From the NCBI GenBank assembly GCA_964016885.1, contig OZ024741.1, positions 9,424,001 to 9,488,000 on the forward strand: DNA of 64,000 bases, given 5' to 3'. A model generated the notes under the pieces. The model was not told the origin of the DNA, did not search any database, and saw nothing but the letters and a program-made list of their open reading frames with translations. Made by a program: the position numbers and the translations under genes. The first letter of the stretch is position 1; every line of letters starts with the position of its first letter. This document shows positions 14,001 to 27,970 of this stretch, piece by piece. The DNA comes from Eledone cirrhosa (Eukaryota).

Positions 14001-17000
14001 ATATTGAAACTAAAGGTACCACAGTGTTGAAACTAAAGGTACCACAGTGTTGTAACTAAATGTGCCACAGTGATGAAACTAAATGTAGCACAGTGTTGAA
14101 ATTTAAGGTACCACAGTGTTGAAACTAAATGTGCCACAGTGTTGAAACTAAAGATATCAGAGTGTTGAAACTAAAGGTATAACAGTTTTGAAACTTAAGG
14201 TACCACAGTGTTGAAACTAAAGGTACCACAGTGTTGAAACTAAAGGTACCACAGTGATGTAACTAAATGTACCAGAGCGTTGAAACTAAAGGTACCACAG
14301 TGTTGTTACTAGAGGAACCAAAGTGTTGAAACTAAAGATACCACAATGTTGTAACTAAATGAACCACAGCCTTGAAACTAAAAGTATCAGAATGTTGAAA
14401 CTAAAGGTACCACAGTGTTGAAACTAAAGGTACCACAATGTTGAAACTAAAGGAACCATAGTGATGTAACTAAAGGTACCATAGAGTTGAAACTAAAGGT
14501 ACCACAGTGTTGAAACTAAAGGTACCATATTGTTGAAACAAAAGGTATAACAGTTTTTAAACTAAAGATACCACAGTGATGTAACACAATGTACCAGAGT
14601 GTTGAAACTAAAGGTACCACAGTGTTGAAACTAAAGGTACCACATTGTTGAAACTAAAGGTATCAGAATGTTGTAACTAAAGGTACCACAGTGTTGAAAC
14701 TAAAAGTATCAGAATGTTGTAACTAAAGGTACCACATTGTTGAAACTAAAGGTACCGCAGTGTTGAAAATAAAGGTAGCACAGTGTTGAAACTAAGGGTA
14801 TCAGAATGTTGTAACTAAAGGTACCACAGCTTTGAAACTAAAGGTACCACAGTGTTGAAACTAAAGGAATCAGAATGTTGTAACTAAAGGTACCACAGCG
14901 TTTAAACTAAAGGTACCACAGTGTTGAAACTAAAGGTATCAGAATGTTGTAACTAAAGGTACCACAGTGTTGAAACTAAAGGTACCAGAGTGTTGAAACT
15001 AAAGGTAACAAAGTGTTGAAACTAAAGGTATCAGAATGGTGTAACTAAAGGTACCACAGTGTTGAAACTAAAGGTACCACAGTGTTGAAACTAAAGGTAC
15101 CACAGTGTTGAAACTAAAGGTATCAGAATGTTGTAACTAAAGGTACCACAGTGTTGAAACTAAAGGGACCAGAGTGTTGAAAATAGAGGTAGCACAGTGT
15201 TGAAACTAAAGGTACCACAGTGTTGAAACTAAAGGTAACACAGTGTTGTAACTAAAGGTACCAAAGTGTTGAAACTAAAGGTACCGCAGTGCTGTACCTA
15301 GAGGTACCACAGTATTGAAACTAAAGGTACCACAATGTTGTAACTAAATGTACCACATTGTTGAAACTAAAGGTATGAGAATGTTGAAACTAAAGGTAAC
15401 ACAGTGTTGAAACTAAAGGTACCACAATGGTGTAACTAAAGGTACGACAGTGTTGAAACTAAATGTACCACATTTTTGTAACTAAAGGTACCACAGTGTT
15501 GAAACTAATGGTACCACAGTGTTGTAACTAGAGGTACCACAGTGTTGAAACTAAAGATACCACAATGTTGTAACTAAAAGTACCACAGTGTTGAAACTAA
15601 AGGTATCACAGTGTTGAAACTAACTTTACCACAGTGATCTAACGAAAGGTACCACAGTGTTGAAACTAAGGGTACCACAGTGTTGAAACTAAACGTACCA
15701 CAGTGTTGAAACTAAAGGTACCACAGTGCTGTAACTAAATGTACCACAATGTTGAAACTAAAGATACCACAATGTTGTAACTAAAGGTACCACAGTGTTG
15801 AAACTAAAGGTATCAGAATGTTGAAACTAAAGGTGCCACAGTATTGTAACTAGAGGAACCACAGTGTTGAAACTAAAGATACTACAATGTTGTAACTAAA
15901 TGTACCACAGTGTTTAAACTAAAGGTATCACAGTGTTGTAACTAAAGGTACCACAGTGATCTAATTAAAGGTTCCACAATGTTGAAACTAAGGGTACCAC
16001 AGTGTTGAAACTAAAGGTACCACACTGTTGAAACTAAACGTAACACAGTGTTGAAATTAAAGGTACCGCAGTGTTGTAACTAGAGGTACCACAGTATTGA
16101 AACTAAAGATACCACAATGCTGTAACTAAATGTACTACAGTGTTGAAACTAAAGGTATCAGAATGTTGAAACTAAAGGTACCACAATTTGAAACTAAAGA
16201 TACCACAATGTTGTAACTAAATGTACCACAGTTTTGAAACTAAAGGTATCAGAATGTTGAAGCTAAAGGTACCACAGTGTTGGTTGAAAAAAAAGGTACC
16301 ACAATATTGTAACTAAAGGTACCACAGTGTTGAAACAAAAGGTACCACAGTGTTGTAACTAAATGTGCCACAGTGCTGAAACTAAAGGTAGCACAGTGTT
16401 GAAATTTAAGGTACCACAGTGTTGAGACTAAATGTGCCACAGTGTTGAAACTAAAGATATCAGAGTGTTGAAACTAAAGGTATAACAGTTTTCAAACTAA
16501 AGGTACCACAGTGTTGAAACTAAAGGTACCACAGTGTTGAAACTAAAGGTACCACAGTGATGTAACTAAATGTACCAGAGCGTTGAAACTAAAGGTATCA
16601 GAATGTTGAAACTAAAGGTACCACAGTGTTGAAACTAAAGGTACCACAATGTTGAAACTAAAGGAACCATTGTGATGTAACTCAAGGTACCATTGAGTTG
16701 AAACTAAAGGTACCACAGTGTTGAAACTAAAGGTACCACATTGTTGAAACTAAAGGTATCAGACTGTTGTAAGTAAAGGTACCACAGTGTTGAAACTAAA
16801 GGTACCACAGTGTTGAAACTAAAGGTATCAGAATGTTGTAACTAAAGGTACCACAGTGTTGGTTGAAAATAAAGGTACCGCAATATTGTAACTAAAGGTA
16901 CAACAGTGTTGAAACTAAAGGTACCACAGTGTTGAAACTAAAGGTACTACAGTGATGTAACTAAATGTACCAGAGCGTTGAAACTAAAGGTACCACAGTG

Positions 17001-20000
17001 TTGTTACTAGAGGAACCAAAGTGTTGAAACTAAAGATACCATAATGTTGTAACTAAATGAACCACAGCCTTGAAACTAAAAGTATCAGAATGTTGAAACT
17101 AAAGGTACCACAGTGTTGAAACTAAAGGTACCACAATGTTGAAACTAAAGGAACCATAGTGATGTAACTAAAGGTACCATAGCGTTGAAACTAAAGGTAC
17201 CACAGTGTTGAAACTAAAGGTACCACATTGTTGAAACTAAAGGTATAACAGTTTTTAAACTAAAGATACCACAGTGATGTAACACAATGTACCAGAGTGT
17301 TGAAACTAAAGGTACCACAGTGTTGAAACTAAAGGTACCACATTGTTGAAACTAAAGGTATCAGAATGTTGTAACTAAAGGTACCACAGTGTTGAAACTT
17401 AAGATACCACAGTGTTGAAACTAAAGGTATCAGAATGTTGTAACTAAAGGTACCACAGTGTTGAAACTAAAAGTATCAGAATGTTGTAACTAAAGGTACC
17501 ACATTGTTGAAACTAAAGGTACCGCAGTGTTGAAAATAAAGGTAGCACAGTGTTGAAACTAAGGGTATCAGAATGTTGTAACTAAAGGTACCAGAGCGTT
17601 GAAACTAAAGGTACCACAGTGTTGAAACTAAAGGTATCAGAATGTTGTAACTAAAGGTACCAGAGTGTTGAAACTAAAGGTAACAAAGTGTTGAAACTAA
17701 AGGTATCAGAATGGTGTAACTAAAGGTACCATAGTGTTGAAACTAAAGGTACCACAGTGTTGAAACTAAAGGTACCACAGTGTTGAAACTAAAGGTATCA
17801 GAATGTTGTAACTAAAGGTACCACAGTGTTGAAACTAAAGGGACCAGAGTGTTGAAAATAGAGGTAGCACAGTGTTGAAACTAAAGGTACCACAGTGTTG
17901 AAACTAATGGTAGCAGAGTGTTGAAACTAAAGGTACCACAGTGTTGAAACTAAAGGTAACACAGTGTTGTAACTAAAGGTACCACAATGTTGAAACTAAA
18001 GATACCACATTGTTGAAACTAAAGGTACCAAAGTGTTGAAACTAAAGGTACCGCAGTGCTGTACCTAGAGGTACCACAGTATTGAAACTAAAGGTACCAC
18101 AATGTTGTAACTAAATGTACCACATTGTTGAAACTAAAGGTATGAGAATGTTGAAATTAAGGTAACACAGTGTTGAAACTAAAGGTACCACAATGGTGTA
18201 ACTAAAGGTACGACAGTGTTGAAACTAAATGTACCACATTGTTGTAACTAAAGGTACCACAGTGTTGAAACTAATGGTACCACAGTGTTGTAACTAGAGG
18301 TACCACAGTGTTGAAACTAAAGATACCACAATGTTGAAACTAACGGTATCAGAATGTTGTAACTAAAGGTACCACAGTGTTGAAACTTAAGGTACCACAG
18401 TGTTGAAACTAAAGGTATCAGAATGTCGTAACTAAAGGTACCACAGTGTTGAAACTAAAAGTATCAGAATGTTGTAACTAAAGGTACCACATTGTTGAAA
18501 CTAAAGGTACCGCAGTGTTGAAAATAAAGGTAGCACAGTGTTGAAACTAAGGGTATCAGAATGTTGTAACTAAAGGTACCACAGTGTTGAAACTAAAGGT
18601 ACCAGAGTGTTGAAACTAAAGGTACCAAAGTGTTGAAACTAAAGGTATCAGAATGGTGTAACTAAAGGTACCACAGTGTTGAAACTAAAGGTATCAGAAT
18701 GTTGTAACTAAAGGTACCACAGTGTTGAAACTAAAGGTACCAGAGTGTTGAAACTAAAGGTACCAAAGTGTTGAAACTAAAGGTATCAGAATGGTGTAAC
18801 TAAAGGTACCACAGTGTTGAAACTAAAGGTACCACAGTGTTGAAACTAAAGGTACCACAGTGTTGAAACTAAAGGTATCAGAATGTTGTAACTAAAGGTA
18901 CCACAGTGTTGAAACTAAAGGACCAGAGTGTTGAAAATAGAGGTAGCACAATGTTGAAACTAAAGGTACCACAGTGTTGAAACTAATGGTAACAGAGTGT
19001 TGAAACTAAAGGTACCACAGTGTTGAAACTAAAGGTAACACAGTGTTGTAACTAAAGGTACCACAATGTTGAAACTAAAGATACCACATTGTTGAAACTA
19101 AAGGTACCAAAGTGTTGAAACTAAAGGTACCGCAGTGCTGTACCTAGAGGTACCACAGTATTGAAACTAAAGGTATCACAATGTTGTAACTAAATGTACC
19201 ACAGTGTTGAAACTAAAGGTATGAGAATGTTGAAACTAAAGGTAACACAGTGTTGAAACTAAAGGTACCACAATGGTGTAACTAAAGGTACGACAGTGTT
19301 GAAACTAAATGTACCACATTGTTGTAACTAAAGGTACCACAGTGTTGAAACTAAAGGTACCACAGTGTTGTAACTAGAGGTACCACAGTGTTGAAACTAA
19401 ATATACCACAATGTTGTAACTAAAAGTACCACAGTGTTGAAACTAAAGTTATCACAGTGTTGAAACTAAATTTACCACAGTGATCTAACTAAAGGTACCA
19501 CAGTGTTGAAACTAAGGGTACCACAGTGTTGAAACTAAACGTACCACAGTGTTGAAACTAAAGGTACCACAGTGTTGTAACTAAATGTACCACAATGTTG
19601 AAACTAATGATACCACAATGTTGTAACTAAAGGTACCACAGTGTTGAAACTAAAGGTATCAGAATGTTGTAACTAAAGGTACCACATTGTTGAAACTAAA
19701 GGTACCGCAGTGTTGAAAATAAAGGTAGCACAGTGTTGAAACTAAGGGTATCAGAATGTTGTAACTAAAGGTACCACAGCGTTGAAACTAAAGGTACCAC
19801 AGTGTTGAAACTAAAGGAATCAGAATGTTGTAACTAAAGGTACCACAGCGTTGAAACTAAAGGTATGAGAATGTTGAAACTAAAGGTACCACAGTGTTGA
19901 AACTAAAGGTACCACAATGTTGAAACTAAAGGAATATAGTGATGTAACTAAAGGTACCATAGAGTTGAAACTAAAGGTACCACAGTGTTGAAACTAAAGG

Positions 20001-23000
20001 TACCACATTGTTGAAACTAAAGGTATAACAGTTTTTAAACTAACGATACCACAGCGATGTAACTCAATGTACCAGAGTGTTGAAACTAAAGGTACCACAG
20101 TGTTGAAACTAAAGGTACCACATTGTTGAAACTAAAGGTATCAGAATGTTGTAACTAAAGCTACCACAGTGTTGAAACTAAAGGTACCACAGTATTGAAA
20201 CTAAAGGTATCAGAATGTTGTAACTAAAGGTACCACAGTGTTGAAACTAAACGTAACACACTGTTGAAATTAAAGGTACCGCAGTGTTGTAACTAGAGAT
20301 ACCACAGTATTGAAACTAAAGATACCACAATGTTGTAACTAAATGTACCACAGTGTTGAAACTAAAGGTATCAGAATGTTGAAACTAAAGGTACCACAGT
20401 GTTGAAACTAAAGATAACACAATGTTGTAACTACATGTACCACAGTTTTGAAACTAAAGGTATCCGAATGTTGAAGCTAAAGGTACCACAGTGTTGGTTG
20501 AAAATAAAGGTACCACAATATTGAAACTAAAGGTACCACAGTGTTGAAACTAAAGGTACCACAGTGTTGTAACTAAATGTGCCACAGTGATGAAACTAAA
20601 TGTAGCACAGTGTTGAAATTTAAGGTACCACAGTGTTGAAACTAAATGTGCCACAGTGTTGAAACTAAAGATATCAGAGTGTTGAAACTAAAGGTATAAC
20701 AGTTTTGAAACTTAAGGTACCACAGTGTTGAAACTAAAGGTACCACAGTGTTGAAACTAAAGGTACCACAGTGATGTAACTAAATGTACCAGAGCGTTGA
20801 AACTAAAGGTACCACAGTGTTGTTACTAGAGGAACCAAAGTGTTGAAACTAAAGATACCACAATGTTGTAACTAAATGAACCACAGCCTTGAAACTAAAA
20901 GTATCAGAATGTTGAAACTAAAGGTACCACAGTGTTGAAACTAAAGGTACCACAATGTTGAAACTAAAGGAACCATAGTGATGTAACTAAAGGTACCATA
21001 GAGTTGAAACTAAAGGTACCACAGTGTTGAAACTAAAGGTACCACATTGTTGAAACAAAAGGTATAACAGTTTTTAAACTAAAGATACCACAGTGATGTA
21101 ACACAATGTACCAGAGTGTTGAAACTAAAGGTACCACAGTGTTGAAACTAAAGGTACCACATTGTTGAAACTAAAGGTATCAGAATGTTGTAACTAAAGG
21201 TACCACAGTGTTGAAACTAAAAGTATCAGAATGTTGTAACTAAAGGTACCACATTGTTGAAACTAAAGGTACCGCAGTGTTGAAAATAAAGGTAGCACAG
21301 TGTTGAAACTAGAGGTATCAGAATGTTGTAACTAAAGGTACCACAGCTTTGAAACTAAAGGTACCACAGTGTTGAAACTAAAGGAATCAGAATGTTGTAA
21401 CTAAAGGTACCACAGCGTTGAAACTAAAGGTACCACAGTGTTGAAACTAAAGGTATCAGAATGTTGTAACTAAAGGTACCACAGTGTTGAAACTAAAGGT
21501 ACCAGAGTGTTGAAACTAAAGGTAACAAAGTGTTGAAACTAAAGGTATCAGAATGGTGTAACTAAAGGTACCACAGTGTTGAAACTAAAGGTACCACAGT
21601 GTTGAAACTAAAGGTACCACAGTGTTGAAACTAAAGGTATCAGAATGTTGTAACTAAAGGTACCACAGTGTTGAAACTAAAGGGACCAGAGTGTTGAAAA
21701 TAGAGGTAGCACAGTGTTGAAACTAAAGGTACCACAGTGTTGAAACTAAAGGTAACACAGTGTTGTAACTAAAGGTACCAAAGTGTTGAAACTAAAGGTA
21801 CCGCAGTGCTGTACCTAGAGGTACCACAGTATTGAAACTAAAGGTACCACAATGTTGTAACTAAATGTACCACATTGTTGAAACTAAAGGTATGAGAATG
21901 TTGAAACTAAAGGTAACACAGTGTTGAAACTAAAGGTACCACAATGGTGTAACTAAAGGTACGACAGTGTTGAAACTAAATGTACCACATTTTTGTAACT
22001 AAAGGTACCACAGTGTTGAAACTAATGGTACCACAGTGTTGTAACTAGAGGTACCACAGTGTTGAAACTAAAGATACCACAATGTTGTAACTAAAAGTAC
22101 CACAGTGTTGAAACTAAAGGTATCACAGTGTTGAAACTAACTTTACCACAGTGATCTAACGAAAGGTACCACAGTGTTGAAACTAAGGGTACCACAGTGT
22201 TGAAACTAAACGTACCACAGTGTTGAAACTAAAGGTACCACAGTGCTGTAACTAAATGTACCACAATGTTGAAACTAAAGATACCACAATGTTGTAACTA
22301 AAGGTACCACAGTGTTGAAACTAAAGGTATCAGAATGTTGAAACTAAAGGTGCCACAGTATTGTAACTAGAGGAACCACAGTGTTGAAACTAAAGATACT
22401 ACAATGTTGTAACTAAATGTACCACAGTGTTTAAACTAAAGGTATCACAGTGTTGTAACTAAAGGTACCACAGTGATCTAATTAAAGGTTCCACAATGTT
22501 GAAACTAAGGGTACCACAGTGTTGAAACTAAAGGTACCACACTGTTGAAACTAAACGTAACACAGTGTTGAAATTAAAGGTACCGCAGTGTTGTAACTAG
22601 AGGTACCACAGTATTGAAACTAAAGATACCACAATGCTGTAACTAAATGTACTACAGTGTTGAAACTAAAGGTATCAGAATGTTGAAACTAAAGGTACCA
22701 CAATTTGAAACTAAAGATACCACAATGTTGTAACTAAATGTACCACAGTTTTGAAACTAAAGGTATCAGAATGTTGAAGCTAAAGGTACCACAGTGTTGG
22801 TTGAAAAAAAAGGTACCACAATATTGTAACTAAAGGTACCACAGTGTTGAAACAAAAGGTACCACAGTGTTGTAACTAAATGTGCCACAGTGCTGAAACT
22901 AAAGGTAGCACAGTGTTGAAATTTAAGGTACCACAGTGTTGAGACTAAATGTGCCACAGTGTTGAAACTAAAGATATCAGAGTGTTGAAACTAAAGGTAT

Positions 23001-26000
23001 AACAGTTTTCAAACTAAAGGTACCACAGTGTTGAAACTAAAGGTACCACAGTGTTTAAACTAAAGGTACCACAGTGATGTAACTAAATGTACCAGAGCGT
23101 TGAAACTAAAGGTATCAGAATGTTGAAACTAAAGGTACCACAGTGTTGAAACTAAAGGTACCACAATGTTGAAACTAAAGGAACCATTGTGATGTAACTC
23201 AAGGTACCATTGAGTTGAAACTAAAGGTACCACAGTGTTGAAACTAAAGGTACCACATTGTTGAAACTAAAGGTATCAGACTGTTGTAAGTAAAGGTACC
23301 ACAGTGTTGAAACTAAAGGTACCACAGTGTTGAAACTAAAGGTATCAGAATGTTGTAACTAAAGGTACCACAGTGTTGGTTGAAAATAAAGGTACCGCAA
23401 TATTGTAACTAAAGGTACCACAGTGTTGAAACTAAAGGTACCACAGTGTTGAAACTAAAGGTACCACAGTGATGTAACTAAATGTACCAGAGCGTTGAAA
23501 CTAAAGGTACCACAGTGTTGTTACTAGAGGAACCAAAGTGTTGAAACTAAAGATACCATAATGTTGTAACTAAATGAACCACAGCCTTGAAACTAAAAGT
23601 ATCAGAATGTTGAAACTAAAGGTACCACAGTGTTGAAACTAAAGGTACCACAATGTTGAAACTAAAGGAACCATAGTGATGTAACTAAAGGTACCATAGC
23701 GTTGAAACTAAAGGTACCACAGTGTTGAAACTAAAGGTACCACATTGTTGAAACTAAAGGTATAACAGTTTTTAAACTAAAGATACCACAGTGATGTAAC
23801 ACAATGTACCAGAGTGTTGAAACTAAAGGTACCACAGTGTTGAAACTAAAGGTACCACATTGTTGAAACTAAAGGTATCAGAATGTTGTAACTAAAGGTA
23901 CCACAGTGTTGAAACTTAAGATACCACAGTGTTGAAACTAAAGGTATCAGAATGTTGTAACTAAAGGTACCACAGTGTTGAAACTAAAAGTATCAGAATG
24001 TTGTAACTAAAGGTACCACATTGTTGAAACTAAAGGTACCGCAGTGTTGAAAATAAAGGTAGCACAGTGTTGAAACTAAGGGTATCAGAATGTTGTAACT
24101 AAAGGTACCAGAGCGTTGAAACTAAAGGTACCACAGTGTTGAAACTAAAGGTATCAGAATGTTGTAACTAAAGGTACCAGAGTGTTGAAACTAAAGGTAA
24201 CAAAGTGTTGAAACTAAAGGTATCAGAATGTTGTAACTAAAGGTACCATAGTGTTGAAACTAAAGGTACCACAGTGTTGAAACTAAAGGTACCACAGTGT
24301 TGAAACTAAAGGTATCAGAATGTTGTAACTAAAGGTACCACAGTGTTGAAACTAAAGGGACCAGAGTGTTGAAAATAGAGGTAGCACAGTGTTGAAACTA
24401 AAGGTACCACAGTGTTGAAACTAATGGTAACAGAGTGTTGAAACTAAAGGTACCACAGTGTTGAAACTAAAGGTAACACAGTGTTGTAACTAAAGGTACC
24501 ACAATATTGAAACTAAAGATACCACATTGTTGAAACTAAAGGTACCAAAGTGTTGAAACTAAAGGTACCGCAGTGCTGTACCTAGAGGTACCACAGTATT
24601 GAAACTAAAGGTACCACAATGTTGTAACTAAATGTACCACATTGTTGAAACTAAAGGTATGAGAATGTTGAAACTAATGGTAACACAGTGTTGAAACTAA
24701 AGGTACCACAATGGTGTAACTAAAGGTACGACAGTGTTGAAACTAAATGTACCACATTGTTGTAACTAAAGGTACCACAGTGTTGAAACTAATGGTACCA
24801 CAGTGTTGTAACTAGAGGTACCACAGTGTTGAAACTAAAGATACCACAATGTTGAAACTAAAGGTATCAGAATGTTGTAACTAAAGGTACCACAGTGTTG
24901 AAACTTAAGGTACCACAGTGTTGAAACTAAAGGTATCAGAATGTCGTAACTAAAGGTACCACAGTGTTGAAACTAGAAGTATCAGAATGTTGTAACTAAA
25001 GGTACCACATTGTTGAAACTAAAGGTACCGCAGTGTTGAAAATAAAGGTAGCACAGTGTTGAAACTAAGGGTATCAGAATGTTGTAACTAAAGGTACCAC
25101 AGAGTTGAAACTAAAGGTACCACAGTGTTGAAACTAAAAGTATCAGAATGTTGTAACTAAAGGTACCACAGTGTTGAAACTAAAGGTACCACAGTGTTGA
25201 AAATAAAGGTAGCACAGTGTTGAAACTAAAGGTATCAGAATGTTGTAACTAAAGGTACCACAGTGTTGAAACTAAAGGTACCAGAGTGTTGAAACTAAAG
25301 GTACCAAAGTGTTGAAACTAAAGGTATCAGAATGGTGTAACGAAAGGTACCACAGTGTTGAAACTAAAGGTACCACAGTGTTGAAACTAAATGTACCACA
25401 GTGTTGAAACTAAAGGTATCAGAATGTTGTAACTAAAGGTACCACAGTGTTGAAACTAAAGGACCAGAGTGTTGAAAATAGAGGTAGCACAATGTTGAAA
25501 CTAAAGGTACCACAGTGTTGAAACTAATGGTAACAGAGTGTTGAAACTAAAGGTACCACAGTGTTGAAACTAAAGGTAACACAGTGTTGTAACTAAAGGT
25601 ACCACAATGTTGAAACTAAAGATACCACATTGTTGAAACTAAAGGTACCAAAGTGTTGAAACTAAAGGTACCGCAGTGCTGTACCTAGAGGTACCACAGT
25701 ATTGAAACTAAAGGTATCACAATGTTGTAACTAAATGTACCACAGTGTTGAAACTAAAGGTATGAGAATGTTGAAACTAAAGGTAACACAGTGTTGAAAC
25801 TAAAGGTACCACAATGGTGTAACTAAAGGTACGACAGTGTTGAAACTAAATGTACCACATTGTTGTAACTAAAGGTACCACAGTGTTGAAACTAAAGGTA
25901 CCACAGTGTTGTAACTAGAGGTACCACAGTGTTGAAACTAAAGATACCACAATGTTGTAACTAAAAGTACCACAGTGTTGAAACTAAAGTTATCACAGTG

Positions 26001-26170
26001 TTGAAACTAAATTTACCACAGTGATCTAACTAAAGGTACCACAGTGTTGAAACTAAGGGTACCACAGTGTTGAAACTAAACGTACCACAGTGTTGAAACT
26101 AAAGGTACCACAGTGCTGTAACTAAATGTACCACAATGTTGAAACTAATGCTACCACAATGTTGTAACTA
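6481..26170. repeat. Higher-order repeat of ~6.55 kb (~284-287 monomers), three tandem copies: ~6481-13020, ~13021-19629, ~19630-26170
   Basis: Marker TGGTTGAAAAAAAAGG at 9603, 16281 and 22798; ATATAG marker at 6785, 13325 and 19934. Three identical 63-aa ORFs lie at 9571, 16249 and 22766. Spacings equal n x 23 + 8, matching three +4 and four -1 indels per unit. Confidence 0.93.
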
Positions 26171-27970
26171 AAGGTACCACAGTGTTGAAACTAAAGGTAT
26201 CAGAATGTTGAAACAAAAGGTGCCACAGTATTGTAACTAGAGGAACCACAGTGTTGAAACTAAAGATACTACAATGTTGTAACTAAATGTACCACAGTGT
26301 TGAAACTAAAGGTATCACAGTGTTGTAACTAAAGGTACCACAGTGATCTAATTAAAGGTTCCACAATGTTGAAACAAAGGGTACCACAGTGTTGAAACTA
26401 AAGGTACCACACTGTTGAAACTAAACGTAACACAGTGTTGAAATTAAAGGTACGGCAGTGTTGTAACTAGAGGTACCACAGTATTGAAACTAAAGATACC
26501 ACAATGTTGTAACTAAATGTACTACAGTGTTGAAACTAAAGGTATCAGAATGTTGAAACTAAAGGTACCACAGTGTTGAAACTAAAGATACCACAATGTT
26601 GTAACTAAATGTACCACAGTTTTGAAACTAAAGGTATCAGAATGTTGAAGCTAAAGGTACCACAGTGTTGGTTGAAAATAAAGGTACCACCATATTGTAA
26701 CTAAAGGTATCACAGTGTTGAAACTAAAGGTACCACAGTGTTGTAACTAAATGTGCCACAGTGCTGAAACTAAAGGTAGCACAGTGTTGAAATTTAAGGT
26801 ACCACAGTGTTGAGACTAAATGTGCCACAGTGTTGAAACTAAAGATATCAGAGTGTTGAAACTAAAGGTATAACAGTTTTCAAACTAAAGGTACCACAGT
26901 GTTGAAACTAAAGGTACCACAGTGATGTAACTAAATGTACCAGAGCGTTGAAACTAAAGATACCACAGTGTTGTTACTAGAGGAACCAAAGTGTTGAAAC
27001 TAAAGATACAAACAATGTTGTAACTAAAGGTACCACAGTGTTGAAACTAAAGGTACCACAGTGCTGTAACTAAATGTACCACAATGTTGAAACTAATGAT
27101 ACCACAATGTTGTAACTAAAGGTACCACAGTGTTGAAACTAAAGGTATCAGAATGTTGAAACAAAAGGTGCCACAGTATTGTAACTAGAGGAACCACAGT
27201 GTTGAAACTAAAGATACTACAATGTTGTAACTAAATGTACCACAGTGTTGAAACTAAAGGTATCACAGTGTTGTAACTAAAGGTACCACAGTGATCTAAT
27301 TAAAGGTTCCACAATGTTGAAACAAAGGGTACCACAGTGTTGAAACTAAAGGTACCACACTGTTGAAACTAAACGTAACACAGTGTTGAAATTAAAGGTA
27401 CCGCAGTGTTGTAACTAGAGGTACCACAGTATTGAAACTAAAGATACCACAATGTTGTAACTAAATGTACTACAGTGTTGAAACTAAAGGTATCAGAATG
27501 TTGAAACTAAAGGTACCACAGTGTTGAAACTAAAGATACCACAATGTTGTAACTAAATGTACCACAGTTTTGAAACTAAAGGTATCAGAATGTTGAAGCT
27601 AAAGGTACCACAGTGTTGGTTGAAAATAAAGGTACCACAATATTGTAACTAAAGGTACCACAGTGTTGAAACTAAAGGTACCACAGTGTTGTAACTAAAT
27701 GTGCCACAGTGCTGAAACTAAAGGTAGCACAGTGTTGAAATTTAAGGTACCACAGTGTTGAGACTAAATGTGCCACAGTGTTGAAACTAAAGATATCAGA
27801 GTGTTGAAACTAAAGGTATAACAGTTTTCAAACTAAAGGTACCACAGTGTTGAAACTAAAGGTACCACAGTGATGTAACTAAATGTACCAGAGCGTTGAA
27901 ACTAAAGATACCACAGTGTTGTTACTAGAGGAACCAAAGTGTTGAAACTAAAGATACAAACAATGTTGTA
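26080..27970. repeat. 948-bp (41-monomer) tandem duplication nested in the first 4.4-kb copy
   Basis: GATACAAAC at 27005 and 27953; +4 insertion at 26669 and 27617. Confidence 0.88.
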
